Source: a virus
IMG/VR virus record: IMGVR_UViG_3300044615_000494
Strand: one strand, 5' to 3'
DNA: 64,000 nucleotides
Part shown: one piece after another, positions 37,050 to 46,572 of the stretch
Layout: every line of letters begins with the position of its first letter
How positions within the stretch are numbered: the first letter of the stretch is position 1
Notes under the pieces: generated by a model
What the model saw: the letters and a program-made list of their open reading frames with translations, nothing else
Databases searched by the model: none
Told to the model about the DNA's origin: nothing
Made by a program: the position numbers and the translations under genes

Positions 37050-37066
37050 TCCTTCCTTACACGGAT
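37050..37066 (-). repeat. 17-bp direct repeat copy A (ATCCGYGTAAGGAAGGA)
   Basis: Matches 37809-37825 with 1 mismatch; includes the folE SD. Confidence 0.7.
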
Positions 37067-37806
37067 ATGTTAAATTTTGCATTGATATGCGGTAGAACTA
37101 TTTGTTCTGCGAACCCTTTAAACTGTTCTCTACTTGGATGAGTAGCCCTGTATCGAACTTCTAGATTACTATGATTTCTTAAATGCTCGGGCAAACATGC
37201 GAATCCAGAATTCAAACACCAGTCCCAACATGTTTTGACTGGTAAGAAATTACTCCAGTCTATCATATCGTAAAGATGTTTAACGTTTGGATGCTTCATC
37301 ATAGATTCTTCAGGTAAACCTGCTTCATTAAATATAGACATGAAGTATTTTACGTTGACAGATTTAAGATACCACTGAGTCCTCACTATATGTTCTAATG
37401 CATATATGCAGGAACCTACAGGGTCATAGTAGTTTTTGATATAAGAGATTGTATAGTTATCTTCTTCCCAGGGACGCAGGGAAACCCAACAACCTTCATC
37501 GTTGTCTATGAAACGAAATGTGAATCTAGACTTAAATCTATCTGTATCACTGTGATAATTTTCTAGCCTATGAATGCTAGACCACATCACGCCTACTAAT
37601 AGTTCTTGGGGATTAGATGATTTCAGAGCAGTCTCTACACCGTGAATGACGGATCGACTGATGTACCCATTACCTGCACCGTTAACGGCATAATTATATA
37701 AGGGTAGGTTTAAAGATTCGGCTACATAGTTTGGCCAAGCGATTCTGCCTTCAGTAGGAATACCCTCAGTAAAACTACAACCACTTACTATTAACTTTTC
37801 TAACAT
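37057..37806 (-). CDS. SGNH/GDSL-like hydrolase-fold protein
   Basis: IVSGCSFTEG; NYAVNGAGN; C-terminal THPS. Confidence 0.7.
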   Translation of the reverse strand: MLEKLIVSGCSFTEGIPTEGRIAWPNYVAESLNLPLYNYAVNGAGNGYISRSVIHGVETALKSSNPQELLVGVMWSSIHRLENYHSDTDRFKSRFTFRFIDNDEGCWVSLRPWEEDNYTISYIKNYYDPVGSCIYALEHIVRTQWYLKSVNVKYFMSIFNEAGLPEESMMKHPNVKHLYDMIDWSNFLPVKTCWDWCLNSGFACLPEHLRNHSNLEVRYRATHPSREQFKGFAEQIVLPHINAKFNISV

Positions 37807-37808
37807 CG

Positions 37809-37825
37809 TCCTTCCTTACGCGGAT
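37809..37825 (-). repeat. 17-bp direct repeat copy B
   Basis: Matches 37050-37066 with 1 mismatch; includes the SD of the 37806 gene. Confidence 0.7.
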
Positions 37826-37874
37826 AAAATTTGTAAATCAACTCGCTACCGTTGTGTAGCATATGTATTTATAT

Positions 37875-38618
37875 CTAACTGATATAACCCTTACTTTTTA
37901 AATGGGGCAATATCACCTTATCTACAAACATCTTACTAATAGCAGGCGTAGGATGCTGTGTTTCATCGAACTTCATACCTTCTCTTTTACCCCAATCATA
38001 CATGTTCTTTATGGGTAGAACGTTACTATAATCTATCTGATCGCGCAGATATTTTACGTCTGTATGATTATTATATTTCAAATAATCATCACCGTCTAAA
38101 CTGTCGTAGTTATATGTAGTGAAAAAATATTTGATATTGTGCATTTTTAAGAACCATTGAATGCGCAAAATATTTTCTATAGTGTTTATGTACAGACCTA
38201 TATCATCATAATAATGTTTATAATAAATCTGACTTAATTCATCACTCCAGCCCGGATGCATCAGATAATTATTCTGTTCAGCACCTACGCTACACGGTTG
38301 GCTGTAATACCAGTTGGTTGATTTGTGCGGATCCCACTGATAATAATCTACAGGTTCATGCGTCAGATATACAGACTTTCTAGATACTCCCGACCACATC
38401 ACTCCCACTAGTAGATTTTCAGGTTTGTACTTTTGCACAGTCAAGCATTGATTGACTCTGAAGATCACACGTTTAGAAATAATGTCGTTACCTGTGCTAC
38501 CTGCACCGTCAAAAAAAGCCTGCATGTCTAATGCATCACGCAAGAATACAGGCCAGTTATCGCCGGGTACTTGTGTGAAACTGCAACCTGCTGATATCAA
38601 TATTCTAGGATTTGCCAT
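37875..38618 (-). CDS. SGNH/GDSL-like hydrolase-fold protein
   Basis: ISAGCSFTQ; GAGSTGN; VGVMWSG shared with neighbour; DETQHPT. Confidence 0.7.
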   Translation of the reverse strand: MANPRILISAGCSFTQVPGDNWPVFLRDALDMQAFFDGAGSTGNDIISKRVIFRVNQCLTVQKYKPENLLVGVMWSGVSRKSVYLTHEPVDYYQWDPHKSTNWYYSQPCSVGAEQNNYLMHPGWSDELSQIYYKHYYDDIGLYINTIENILRIQWFLKMHNIKYFFTTYNYDSLDGDDYLKYNNHTDVKYLRDQIDYSNVLPIKNMYDWGKREGMKFDETQHPTPAISKMFVDKVILPHLKSKGYIS

Positions 38619-39633
38619 TTACAAAAACACCATTATACTGTTGCGTTACGCGGACAAAAGTCGTACACTTGCTAAGATTTTTTAATGTATGCGCACCTAC
38701 ATACGTACATGTGCTACGGATACCTCCCAGTAAATCTAGTACTGTGTTATTAACAGGACCACGATATGGGACTACGACCGTTCGCCCTTCGCTACTACGA
38801 TAACTTGCTATACCGCCGTTGTGCTTGTTCATAGCAGTATCAGAACTCATTCCATAGAATGTAATTTTTCCATCTTCTACGGTGCCGCCACCTTCGTCAT
38901 GTCCGGCTAACATACCACCAAGCATGACGAAATCTGCCCCTGCGCCAAATGCTTTAGCCACATCGCCTGGGCAAGTACACCCGCCATCAGCAATGATATG
39001 TCCCCCAAGCCCATGCGCCGCATCGCTACACTCAATGATCGCACTAAGTTGCGGGTAGCCAACCCCAGTTTGTATCCTAGTTGTACATACCGATCCTGGC
39101 CCGATTCCGACTTTAACAATATCTGCTCCTCGTAGTATCAATTCTTGTGTCATATCTGCGGTAACAACGTTACCTGCAATGATTGTACAATGCGGAAATG
39201 CTTCGCGCACTTCTTCTACATAATCACCGAAATGATCGCTGTATCCATTGGCAACATCTATGCAGATAAAATGAATCTCAGGATAACTATTGATGATACG
39301 GCTTAGTCTTTGAAAGTCTTTCTCATTAGTACCTGTGCTTACTGCTAGATGATTACCACCGATCTTGCCGATCGTATCAGAAAACTGATCTTCAGTATAT
39401 GACTTAACAAGGCATGTGAACATACGATGTTCATATAATGCTTCAGCCATTCCTAGAGTACCTACACCATCCATGTTAGCGGCCATGACTGGAACACCTG
39501 TCCATTCAAAACCGCTATGCTTGAACTTGTAAGTACGATTCAAATCGACTTCTTTACGACTAGATAGTGTGCTACGCTTGGGGCGTATCAATACATCCTT
39601 GAAGTCTAACTTGATATCTTCTTCGATACGCAT
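38605..39633 (-). CDS. guaC: GMP reductase
   Basis: [18 protein letters not shown]; AANMDGVG; CIDVANGYS; [13 protein letters not shown]; IADGGC; FYGMSS; SEG. Confidence 0.95.
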   Translation of the reverse strand: MRIEEDIKLDFKDVLIRPKRSTLSSRKEVDLNRTYKFKHSGFEWTGVPVMAANMDGVGTLGMAEALYEHRMFTCLVKSYTEDQFSDTIGKIGGNHLAVSTGTNEKDFQRLSRIINSYPEIHFICIDVANGYSDHFGDYVEEVREAFPHCTIIAGNVVTADMTQELILRGADIVKVGIGPGSVCTTRIQTGVGYPQLSAIIECSDAAHGLGGHIIADGGCTCPGDVAKAFGAGADFVMLGGMLAGHDEGGGTVEDGKITFYGMSSDTAMNKHNGGIASYRSSEGRTVVVPYRGPVNNTVLDLLGGIRSTCTYVGAHTLKNLSKCTTFVRVTQQYNGVFVNGKS

Positions 39634-39636
39634 TTA

Positions 39637-39825
39637 TTAAGCCTTTGCTTCCTTACGTGCGTTCTTAGTAGCAGTGATTTCGTTACGGCGTGCCTTTACA
39701 GCCTTAGCAAGTTCACCAAGGGCCTTACGTGCGCGGGTACCGGCAGCGTTATTGCCCTTCTCAAACTTCTCATGTTCAGCAAGATATGCTTCCAAATGTG
39801 TGTTAATATCGTTATGTGCGCTCAT
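39637..39825 (-). CDS. Small basic histone H1-like (Hc1-type) protein
   Basis: EKFEKGNNAAGTRARKALGELAK..KARRNEI. Confidence 0.65.
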   Translation of the reverse strand: MSAHNDINTHLEAYLAEHEKFEKGNNAAGTRARKALGELAKAVKARRNEITATKNARKEAKA

Positions 39826-39837
39826 ATTTTTCTCCTA

Positions 39838-41010
39838 TTAATATTTGCTTTCTCTCGTATGATTACGATAATCCGTACTCATACGCAACCATTGCTCACC
39901 CTTACCTTCAAGGATGTCACAAATTCTATCTATCGTCTTGTCAGTCCAGTCACTTATTTTACCCATGTATTGACTTTCAACAAAAATAGCATTGTTTAGT
40001 TTGATCAATGCATCAGTCTTAGACCATGGCACATACATACGTGAATGATCATTAGCGAATGTCTCGGGGAAACTGCGATATGCCGGATACACTACGTTGC
40101 ATCCTAATGCATCTGCTTCGCTGACAGTATTACTCACCCAGTCTTGTAATGCACAGTTGAACAACACACGGCTGTCGTTCAATAAACTATAGTAATCATT
40201 CTTGTCGAGATCGCTATAAATTGTAAGTTTACCTTGTTCTTCAAGGCGTAGTGTACGTTCCATATACGAACTGTTATTGCTACGTAACTTTGCGCCACTC
40301 AATAATGCAAACTCTACATCTTTGTGAATCTTAGTATATTCTTCAATGATGTCCATGTAGAAGTCAGGCTGTTTCTCTTGATCCCAACGTGCGGCAAACA
40401 CAACACGCAACTTACGCTTGTCGAAAGGCTTGATCTCTTTGACACGACCACGAACTTCTTCTTTACCAAATGCAAGACCACTGATATTATAGATCGGAGC
40501 CTTCCAGCCTGCGACCTTCATATGCATGACCATCTCTTCATTGCTAGCCAATACGCCATCAACGAACTCGTTGACCATTTCTTCATACTTGCGCATGAAG
40601 CCTTGCATATCCCATACGTGCAAGAAGTCATCAGGGTCGATAGTCTGTGCTAGACAACGAACGTAGACCTTAGGGCGATACTCTTTAGGTACTTGCTTGA
40701 GAATATAAGGGATGCTGTCAATACCACTAGTATACATGTCTTCAAAATAGATGACATCTTCGCTTGTGACTTCACCGATTTTCATCAATCTGACAAGTTC
40801 AGCCATCTGTGTGAGGCTGTAATATGTTCGACCATGTGCATCAAGCACTTGACCAGTAACGATGCTCTGATCGTTGCTCAATGTCTGACCATTGACTAAT
40901 TGATAGTTGATATCTCTACGCTTGAATACACGTTCATTCCAGTCTTGCAACTGTAATGTATATCTTGCCTTGTAGGGTTCTAGACCCATGTAGTATAATT
41001 TACGCATCAC
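39838..41010 (-). CDS. GT-B glycosyltransferase
   Basis: VVFAARWDQEKQPDF; VLFNCALQDWVSNTVSEA; YRSFPE. Confidence 0.75.
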   Translation of the reverse strand: MMRKLYYMGLEPYKARYTLQLQDWNERVFKRRDINYQLVNGQTLSNDQSIVTGQVLDAHGRTYYSLTQMAELVRLMKIGEVTSEDVIYFEDMYTSGIDSIPYILKQVPKEYRPKVYVRCLAQTIDPDDFLHVWDMQGFMRKYEEMVNEFVDGVLASNEEMVMHMKVAGWKAPIYNISGLAFGKEEVRGRVKEIKPFDKRKLRVVFAARWDQEKQPDFYMDIIEEYTKIHKDVEFALLSGAKLRSNNSSYMERTLRLEEQGKLTIYSDLDKNDYYSLLNDSRVLFNCALQDWVSNTVSEADALGCNVVYPAYRSFPETFANDHSRMYVPWSKTDALIKLNNAIFVESQYMGKISDWTDKTIDRICDILEGKGEQWLRMSTDYRNHTRESKY

Positions 41011-41773
41011 GCCTCTCTATATCTGCTTCTATACATTCAACACCATATTGTACTTCAAGTATGTGACAAGGTTCATCATAATTATTCTGGCCTTGATGCC
41101 ACACTTTTTGACCAATCACATATTCTTCATTGGGATGTTTAGTAACTTTTATTATACTCTGATTATATTCAGTTACAATATCGCATTTACCCTTAAGTAT
41201 ATACCAATGTTCACTTCGGTTGAAATGACGTTGCATACTCAATTGTTTGCTTGGTTCGATCACTAATTCTTTTACTTTATAACCCGGTTTATCATCTAAC
41301 ACACGATAATAGCCCCATGGTCTGTGAACTTTCGGGTTCTTCCATTCTGCTAATATCCAACTACTGCTATTGATTTTTGTAGTACCACCTACCCCGAATA
41401 TAAACTCAATATTATCATCATTGATATCCATCTCAGGAATATTTTCTTTTGTGCGGTCACCGCCATTAGCAAATATAATTCTACTGTGTGGGTATTGTTT
41501 ACGAACTAATCTTAAAGCATCTTTTGCGCTATTGTCGCTGTCATCAAATGATATGACATCATGCACGCCTTTTAATTCGCTGATGATGATGCTACGGTCT
41601 TCAAACTGCATGAAAGGACGTCCTTTCTTGCGTTCTAACCAACTGTCAGAATTGACACCGACGATTAAGATGTCTCCTAATGCGCCGGCGTTTCTGAACA
41701 ACTCAATATGCCCAGCGTGAAGGGGGTCGAAACCCCCTGTCACTAAGACAACCTTAGGCGTTCTTTCCTGCAT
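41000..41773 (-). CDS. Bifunctional cytidylyltransferase-like / mannose-6-phosphate-isomerase-type cupin protein
   Basis: TGGFDPLHAGH; VGVNSD; FANGGDR; RPWGYY; LSMQRHFNRSEHW; ILEVQYG. Confidence 0.85.
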   Translation of the reverse strand: MQERTPKVVLVTGGFDPLHAGHIELFRNAGALGDILIVGVNSDSWLERKKGRPFMQFEDRSIIISELKGVHDVISFDDSDNSAKDALRLVRKQYPHSRIIFANGGDRTKENIPEMDINDDNIEFIFGVGGTTKINSSSWILAEWKNPKVHRPWGYYRVLDDKPGYKVKELVIEPSKQLSMQRHFNRSEHWYILKGKCDIVTEYNQSIIKVTKHPNEEYVIGQKVWHQGQNNYDEPCHILEVQYGVECIEADIERRDA

Positions 41774-41957
41774 CAAACGCCCACATGTCTTTTGCGTCTT
41801 TCCCGGCAACGAATTTACTAAACTGACGATAAGCAAAACTCCTATTGTCATAGAGAGTCGCCTCGTCATACTTGTAGCCGAAGTCCTTACAGAAATTTAG
41901 ATAATTTTCCAAATCATCAAAAATCTGCCTTACTCGGTTCTTGTCGTTCTTTGCCAT
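41754..41957 (-). CDS. Hypothetical protein
   Basis: IFDDLENYLNFCKDFGY; AGGAG SD. Confidence 0.65.
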   Translation of the reverse strand: MAKNDKNRVRQIFDDLENYLNFCKDFGYKYDEATLYDNRSFAYRQFSKFVAGKDAKDMWAFDAGKNA

Positions 41958-42018
41958 GTTTATTGCACTCCTAGTTAATTTAAACACAAGTTAATGATAA
42001 CAGAAAGATATTCAAAAA

Positions 42019-43029
42019 TCAAATATCTTTCCACCCAGCCTGACGAATCAAATGAAGCGCCCAGACGTGATGGCCAGTTTTGGTAGGATGATTGCTATGA
42101 TAGACTAATCCCTTAGCAACCTTACCAGCAATATAATCGAACATGAAATTTACCTTGTTTATCTGATCTTCCATCCAATTCATTGGTAACAATAGTTTAG
42201 GACCAACAGATTTCGAATAGGCGTCAGTTTCGATAGCGTTCAAGATATACGGGGGTTCTACATCAACGTTGACTAATTTGCCCGTATAAACGATCCAGGT
42301 AGGATCGATTATCTTAAAATTATAATCTCGTTTAGGTGTAGCAATCTTGGTGAAATTTCTCCACATGATACCTTCTATAGGACATGCTTTGAAATTAGCA
42401 AGCATATTATGGAAACTCTCAAAGAACAGTTCATCATATGATGCTAACCAATCCAAGATGTGTATCTCGCGCTCTTTGGGAATGTCGTACCATTTGCTGA
42501 TAGCAGTGTGCGAACGGAATAACTTAGTCCATGGTAGGACTAATTCTCGACCAGGCTCTGTCATCTGCATTGCTACATAGACTTTCTTGTATCCTAATGT
42601 TGCAACGTGCTTCAATATTCTTTCGAGGTCTAGATGCATGTATAGATTGCAATTGCCGGGAATAGCAAACTGATACAAGTCCCAACCCATGACTTCTGCA
42701 ATTCTAGGACCAAAGCATCCTTGCAATTGATTACGGAAGTTAAATTTGCCGATGCCGGTGCCTATACCATCTAGCGCCTCGCCATATGTCCAACTCTCTC
42801 CCACATTGACAAACAATGTATCACTGCCCCTTATCACATGAAACTCTGTATTTTCTGCAGGAATTTGAATGTGCATGGGCTTCATATTGTCGTCAGTGAC
42901 CAATATCTTTTTTGCGTTATTTAAAAAAGAATTTTCACTCATGAATAATGAGTTCATATCGTATTCGCGATATGTTGATTTTTCTATCAATTCAGGTTCT
43001 GGGTGCAGACCTGTCTTTGGATCCCACAT
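42019..43029 (-). CDS. SGNH-like hydrolase-fold protein
   Basis: NVGESWTYGE; AIPGNCN; SNHPT. Confidence 0.55.
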   Translation of the reverse strand: MWDPKTGLHPEPELIEKSTYREYDMNSLFMSENSFLNNAKKILVTDDNMKPMHIQIPAENTEFHVIRGSDTLFVNVGESWTYGEALDGIGTGIGKFNFRNQLQGCFGPRIAEVMGWDLYQFAIPGNCNLYMHLDLERILKHVATLGYKKVYVAMQMTEPGRELVLPWTKLFRSHTAISKWYDIPKEREIHILDWLASYDELFFESFHNMLANFKACPIEGIMWRNFTKIATPKRDYNFKIIDPTWIVYTGKLVNVDVEPPYILNAIETDAYSKSVGPKLLLPMNWMEDQINKVNFMFDYIAGKVAKGLVYHSNHPTKTGHHVWALHLIRQAGWKDI

Positions 43030-43030
43030 A

Positions 43031-43507
43031 TTAAATAACCACTCTCATATTAGGTTTTGTTGTATTGTACGTGATCGTAGCGCCATTCTCGCCGTCTTCG
43101 CTTACTGTGATCTCAATCTTGCGATCTGGATATCTAGTGGCGATTTGTTCGTAAAGGTCATCACTGATCATCTCACAACTCTTGTAGTCTAATGACAATA
43201 CACCTTGTGCGCTAGAATACAACCCTTCAAGCCACCTTTTGAATTGAATGAATTCCACATCTCTGTCGTTATGGAAAACTTCAATGGCAACAGTAAAATG
43301 AAAAATATGCCTATGCGGGTAACCCAAAAACGATACATCATATTCATCTCCAGTCTTAAGTTTAGGATCTTCTAATGCGGCAGGATACTTATGAATACCT
43401 TCTTTACGGAAGGTAACCCAGATCATTCTAGAAGCCTGATCTTTAATTCTACGTCTAGTTTCTGCCTTGGCCAAATTGGCCTGATAAATCACTGGATCCT
43501 CGCTCAT
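43031..43507 (-). CDS. Second QueD-like T-fold protein (DpdL-like candidate)
   Basis: EGIHKYP; HRHIFHF; RDVEFI; SCEMISDDL; VSEDGENGA. Confidence 0.65.
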   Translation of the reverse strand: MSEDPVIYQANLAKAETRRRIKDQASRMIWVTFRKEGIHKYPAALEDPKLKTGDEYDVSFLGYPHRHIFHFTVAIEVFHNDRDVEFIQFKRWLEGLYSSAQGVLSLDYKSCEMISDDLYEQIATRYPDRKIEITVSEDGENGATITYNTTKPNMRVVI

Positions 43508-43680
43508 CTATCATCTCCTAAATCTATAGTTTCATGTTTTTCTTCCCACTCTTGACGGCGCAATCTACGCAACTGATTGACTATATCTGCCATCTTTTGC
43601 AGGTCCTTATTATCGGTACCGCTCTCTAATTGTTTTAATTGATTCTCTAACAATCTAATTTGATATGCGTATGACGACAT
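43504..43680 (-). CDS. Small coiled-coil protein (58 aa)
   Basis: Hand translation MSSYAYQIRLLENQLKQLESG...RQEWEEKHETIDLGDDR; GGAG SD. Confidence 0.6.
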   Translation of the reverse strand: MSSYAYQIRLLENQLKQLESGTDNKDLQKMADIVNQLRRLRRQEWEEKHETIDLGDDR

Positions 43681-43682
43681 AT

Positions 43683-45221
43683 TTAATTCTCCGTATTTTT
43701 AGACATCAGATCATCTGTGTCTTCAATTTCCTCTATATAATCTTCAGTACTTTCTTCTACTGAAAACAGTTCATCAAACTTAGTCAAAGCATTGACTGTC
43801 TTTTTGCCACTGAATCCTTGACTGCCTGATTTCATTTGCATCCAGAATCTATCATACTTATCAATTAAGTTGAGACTTCGCTCCCTATCCTTCAATGAGA
43901 ATATCCCTTCAACGATATCACTGAATCTGATCTTCTCAAAAATCTCGTTCATGACCATTGCAGGAACGATACCCTGATCATATGATTTGTTACCGTCTTG
44001 TACCGCAGTGATATGCTGATAGACATTATGGGCTTGCAACAATGTATAACTCAATGTATCCCAACTTGTCTTAGTCTCTTTACCATGCGCACCCAAGAAT
44101 CCAACACCTCTATAGCACAAGTCACGAACTAGCATTCTATCAGTGATAGGGCTGTCAGTGAATGTTTTATGGATACCGTCAGCCAATACAGCAATACTGA
44201 ATTTCCGATTATCGTTTGCATAATCTTTGTTTTCAGCCGTTTTTTCCATGCTGTATGACCACTTAGTATCATGTTCGATGTTGTTCTGAAAGTATGCTAA
44301 TCCCTTAGCCGCACTATAGAACGGGCTTGCGCAATCGAATGTGATCTGGAAGTTTGGATTGTGATGCTTTCGAATCGCTCGTTGAATATCACTGAACAAT
44401 ACTGCATATTCTAAGATGCTAGTACCCAAGCAGTGTACAAGATCGTGCTTGCCTGGCTCAAGTAATCCATCATGAATCATGATCACAAGACGGCGTAGCA
44501 TCAAATGAATATCAATCTTATTCTGACCACCGAATGCCCAACCATTGAAATGATTGTCTGGATAGATGTTAGGGTCACAATACTTCTTCATCTCTTCATA
44601 CCATTTATCACTCTGTGTATGATTGAGACCCTGCAATACGTTTAAGAATTTGCAATTACCATTACGGTTATTGATGAAGTATTCGTTATTAATATGTGTA
44701 GCCTTCACCGCATCTTCGATTGTGCGAATGCCGTGTTTGTCAAATAGATGTTGATTGCGAATAGTCTGTGACGGAACGTCAAGACACATGCCATAATCCA
44801 TGTATGTATCCATCCAGTTCAATACTAACTTGCGTTGCTTCATAGCCTTAGGACAGTTAGGGTCTTTCCAGTCAGCAGGCCATTGACCCTTCATGATCTG
44901 AAAACCACCACTATCACCTAACATAAACGTACCTTGTTCACGCTTACGAATGATGCTTTCAGCAGGGTCATCAACAGTAGTGTCGAGATTAGCGTGACCT
45001 GCTGAATATAACGCCCACTTATATGTGTATAGTCCTTGCTTGCTATTCAAGAAATTCAAACATTCAACATCGCCGTTAAACCCTTGGGGAATTCTAGACA
45101 GATCAAAATATTGTTGACCTTCACGCTGTTTTCCCAAACCAGTGATGAAGAAACTAGACATAGCGGGCAAAAATAAAGCCCAATCATTATTGTGTGAATT
45201 CGATAGATTTATTTGTTCCAT
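43683..45221 (-). CDS. dpdA: TGT-fold 7-deazaguanine DNA transglycosylase-like protein (DpdA family)
   Basis: MLGDSGGFQ (TGT catalytic Asp motif); CLDVP; NVLQG; WAFGG; HCLG; TFDCASP; sits in a folE/queD/queE neighbourhood. Confidence 0.8.
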   Translation of the reverse strand: MEQINLSNSHNNDWALFLPAMSSFFITGLGKQREGQQYFDLSRIPQGFNGDVECLNFLNSKQGLYTYKWALYSAGHANLDTTVDDPAESIIRKREQGTFMLGDSGGFQIMKGQWPADWKDPNCPKAMKQRKLVLNWMDTYMDYGMCLDVPSQTIRNQHLFDKHGIRTIEDAVKATHINNEYFINNRNGNCKFLNVLQGLNHTQSDKWYEEMKKYCDPNIYPDNHFNGWAFGGQNKIDIHLMLRRLVIMIHDGLLEPGKHDLVHCLGTSILEYAVLFSDIQRAIRKHHNPNFQITFDCASPFYSAAKGLAYFQNNIEHDTKWSYSMEKTAENKDYANDNRKFSIAVLADGIHKTFTDSPITDRMLVRDLCYRGVGFLGAHGKETKTSWDTLSYTLLQAHNVYQHITAVQDGNKSYDQGIVPAMVMNEIFEKIRFSDIVEGIFSLKDRERSLNLIDKYDRFWMQMKSGSQGFSGKKTVNALTKFDELFSVEESTEDYIEEIEDTDDLMSKNTEN

Positions 45222-45224
45222 ATA

Positions 45225-45893
45225 TTATATCCCTGATTTTATTTTATCGTAAAAGTCTATACCTGTCATGAAATCATAATCAGGCTGTAAATAATTAGAT
45301 ACATTTTTCTTTGCTTGCTTATCTCTATTATAATACTTTTTGAGGTAAGTTAACAGCACTAATTTTACCGGACTGTCGGTATTTCTGTTATATCGCGATT
45401 CTAAGTCAGTGTTCCATAAAGTTAGTTTTTTACCCAATCGATGTTGAACAAAACTTTTGAATGAGTCGGTGTAGTTATCATTCACTCGTATAAAGGTACA
45501 ATTATCAGAATTTAATCCATTTAAAAAGTTCACTTGTAGTTCTGAGTGTTCGTCTAATGCACACTGATTGAATACGTAACATAATAACGCATCATTGTTC
45601 AATCGAACCGGGGTGTCGCTAGGGTTATTCTTCCTGTAAAAATGTTCGACCACTCCAGACATCCATCTTTCTAGAGGATCGCGGATAAGTACCAACATTT
45701 CTTTTTTCTTTAATTCTTTATTGGTTAGAAAATTATCATAGTGCCAATTAAAGTTATGCATTAAAATATATTCAGTGAATGAACTTGCATTTTTGGCTAT
45801 AGGAATATAAACAAATCGCTCATCGTCCGAAACTACACAATGACCGCGATTTTCAAATCCTATCTTGGATAATGTACCCTTTATCTTACTCAT
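45225..45893 (-). CDS. Sulfotransferase family 2-like protein
   Basis: YIPIAKNASS (5'-PSB); RDPLERWMSG (3'-PB); LDEHSELQ. Confidence 0.7.
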   Translation of the reverse strand: MSKIKGTLSKIGFENRGHCVVSDDERFVYIPIAKNASSFTEYILMHNFNWHYDNFLTNKELKKKEMLVLIRDPLERWMSGVVEHFYRKNNPSDTPVRLNNDALLCYVFNQCALDEHSELQVNFLNGLNSDNCTFIRVNDNYTDSFKSFVQHRLGKKLTLWNTDLESRYNRNTDSPVKLVLLTYLKKYYNRDKQAKKNVSNYLQPDYDFMTGIDFYDKIKSGI

Positions 45894-46572
45894 GTTGAGG
45901 ACCTTTATAAAACGTTAGTGTTTTAATAAAGTCATAGTCCGGCTTTAAGTAATCTTCTACTATGGCATTATATTTTGGGTAATCTTGAAAAAACTTTTTG
46001 AGTTTTTTAAGATTATTTTGTTTACCCGGCCTATCTTGAGTACGATTGAACCATAATAGTTGATTCTCTTCTCGAAAGGCTCCGAAGTATGGATTTTCTG
46101 TGCCTTTCTTGTCCCAAAAACTATAGTTTTTATTTAGATCATTGATGATAAAATATTTTAGTGTATCTTTATAGTTATCATCGAGGAACATAAACACGCA
46201 CTCATCGGTGTCTAATCCTTCAAGGTAATTTACCTGTAGTTCACTATGAGGATCTAATGCAAGTTGATGTAAAATATAGTGCATATTATTTTCTTGCATC
46301 TCAAGTTGTTGTAGATGAAAATGATGCACGATTCCCGAAAACCATCTAGATAAAGGATCTCGTAATACTACTAATTTTTTCTTTTCTTTTAGATTTTCAT
46401 TAGACTTAAAGTTATCTGTCTCGGTCCAGCCGCACATATAATTTAAAATCTGTATGGTATATCTACTGGCACATTTAGGCAATGGAACATAGATGTAGTC
46501 AGTATCATTCGCCGGCGTACATTTACCTAAGTCCCAACGTGCTATCCTAGATTTAGGTGCTATTATTCTCAT
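45886..46572 (-). CDS. Sulfotransferase family 2-like protein (tandem paralog)
   Basis: YVPLPKCAS; RDPLSRWFSG; LDPHSELQ; YLKPDYDF shared with neighbour. Confidence 0.7.
   Translation of the reverse strand: MRIIAPKSRIARWDLGKCTPANDTDYIYVPLPKCASRYTIQILNYMCGWTETDNFKSNENLKEKKKLVVLRDPLSRWFSGIVHHFHLQQLEMQENNMHYILHQLALDPHSELQVNYLEGLDTDECVFMFLDDNYKDTLKYFIINDLNKNYSFWDKKGTENPYFGAFREENQLLWFNRTQDRPGKQNNLKKLKKFFQDYPKYNAIVEDYLKPDYDFIKTLTFYKGPQHE

Noticed and set aside
43683-45221. Ordinary tRNA-guanine transglycosylase (Tgt)
   Set aside because: It is 512 aa, lacks the C-terminal CxCxxC..H zinc site of bacterial Tgt, and sits in a phage folE/queD/queE context, which favours the DpdA family
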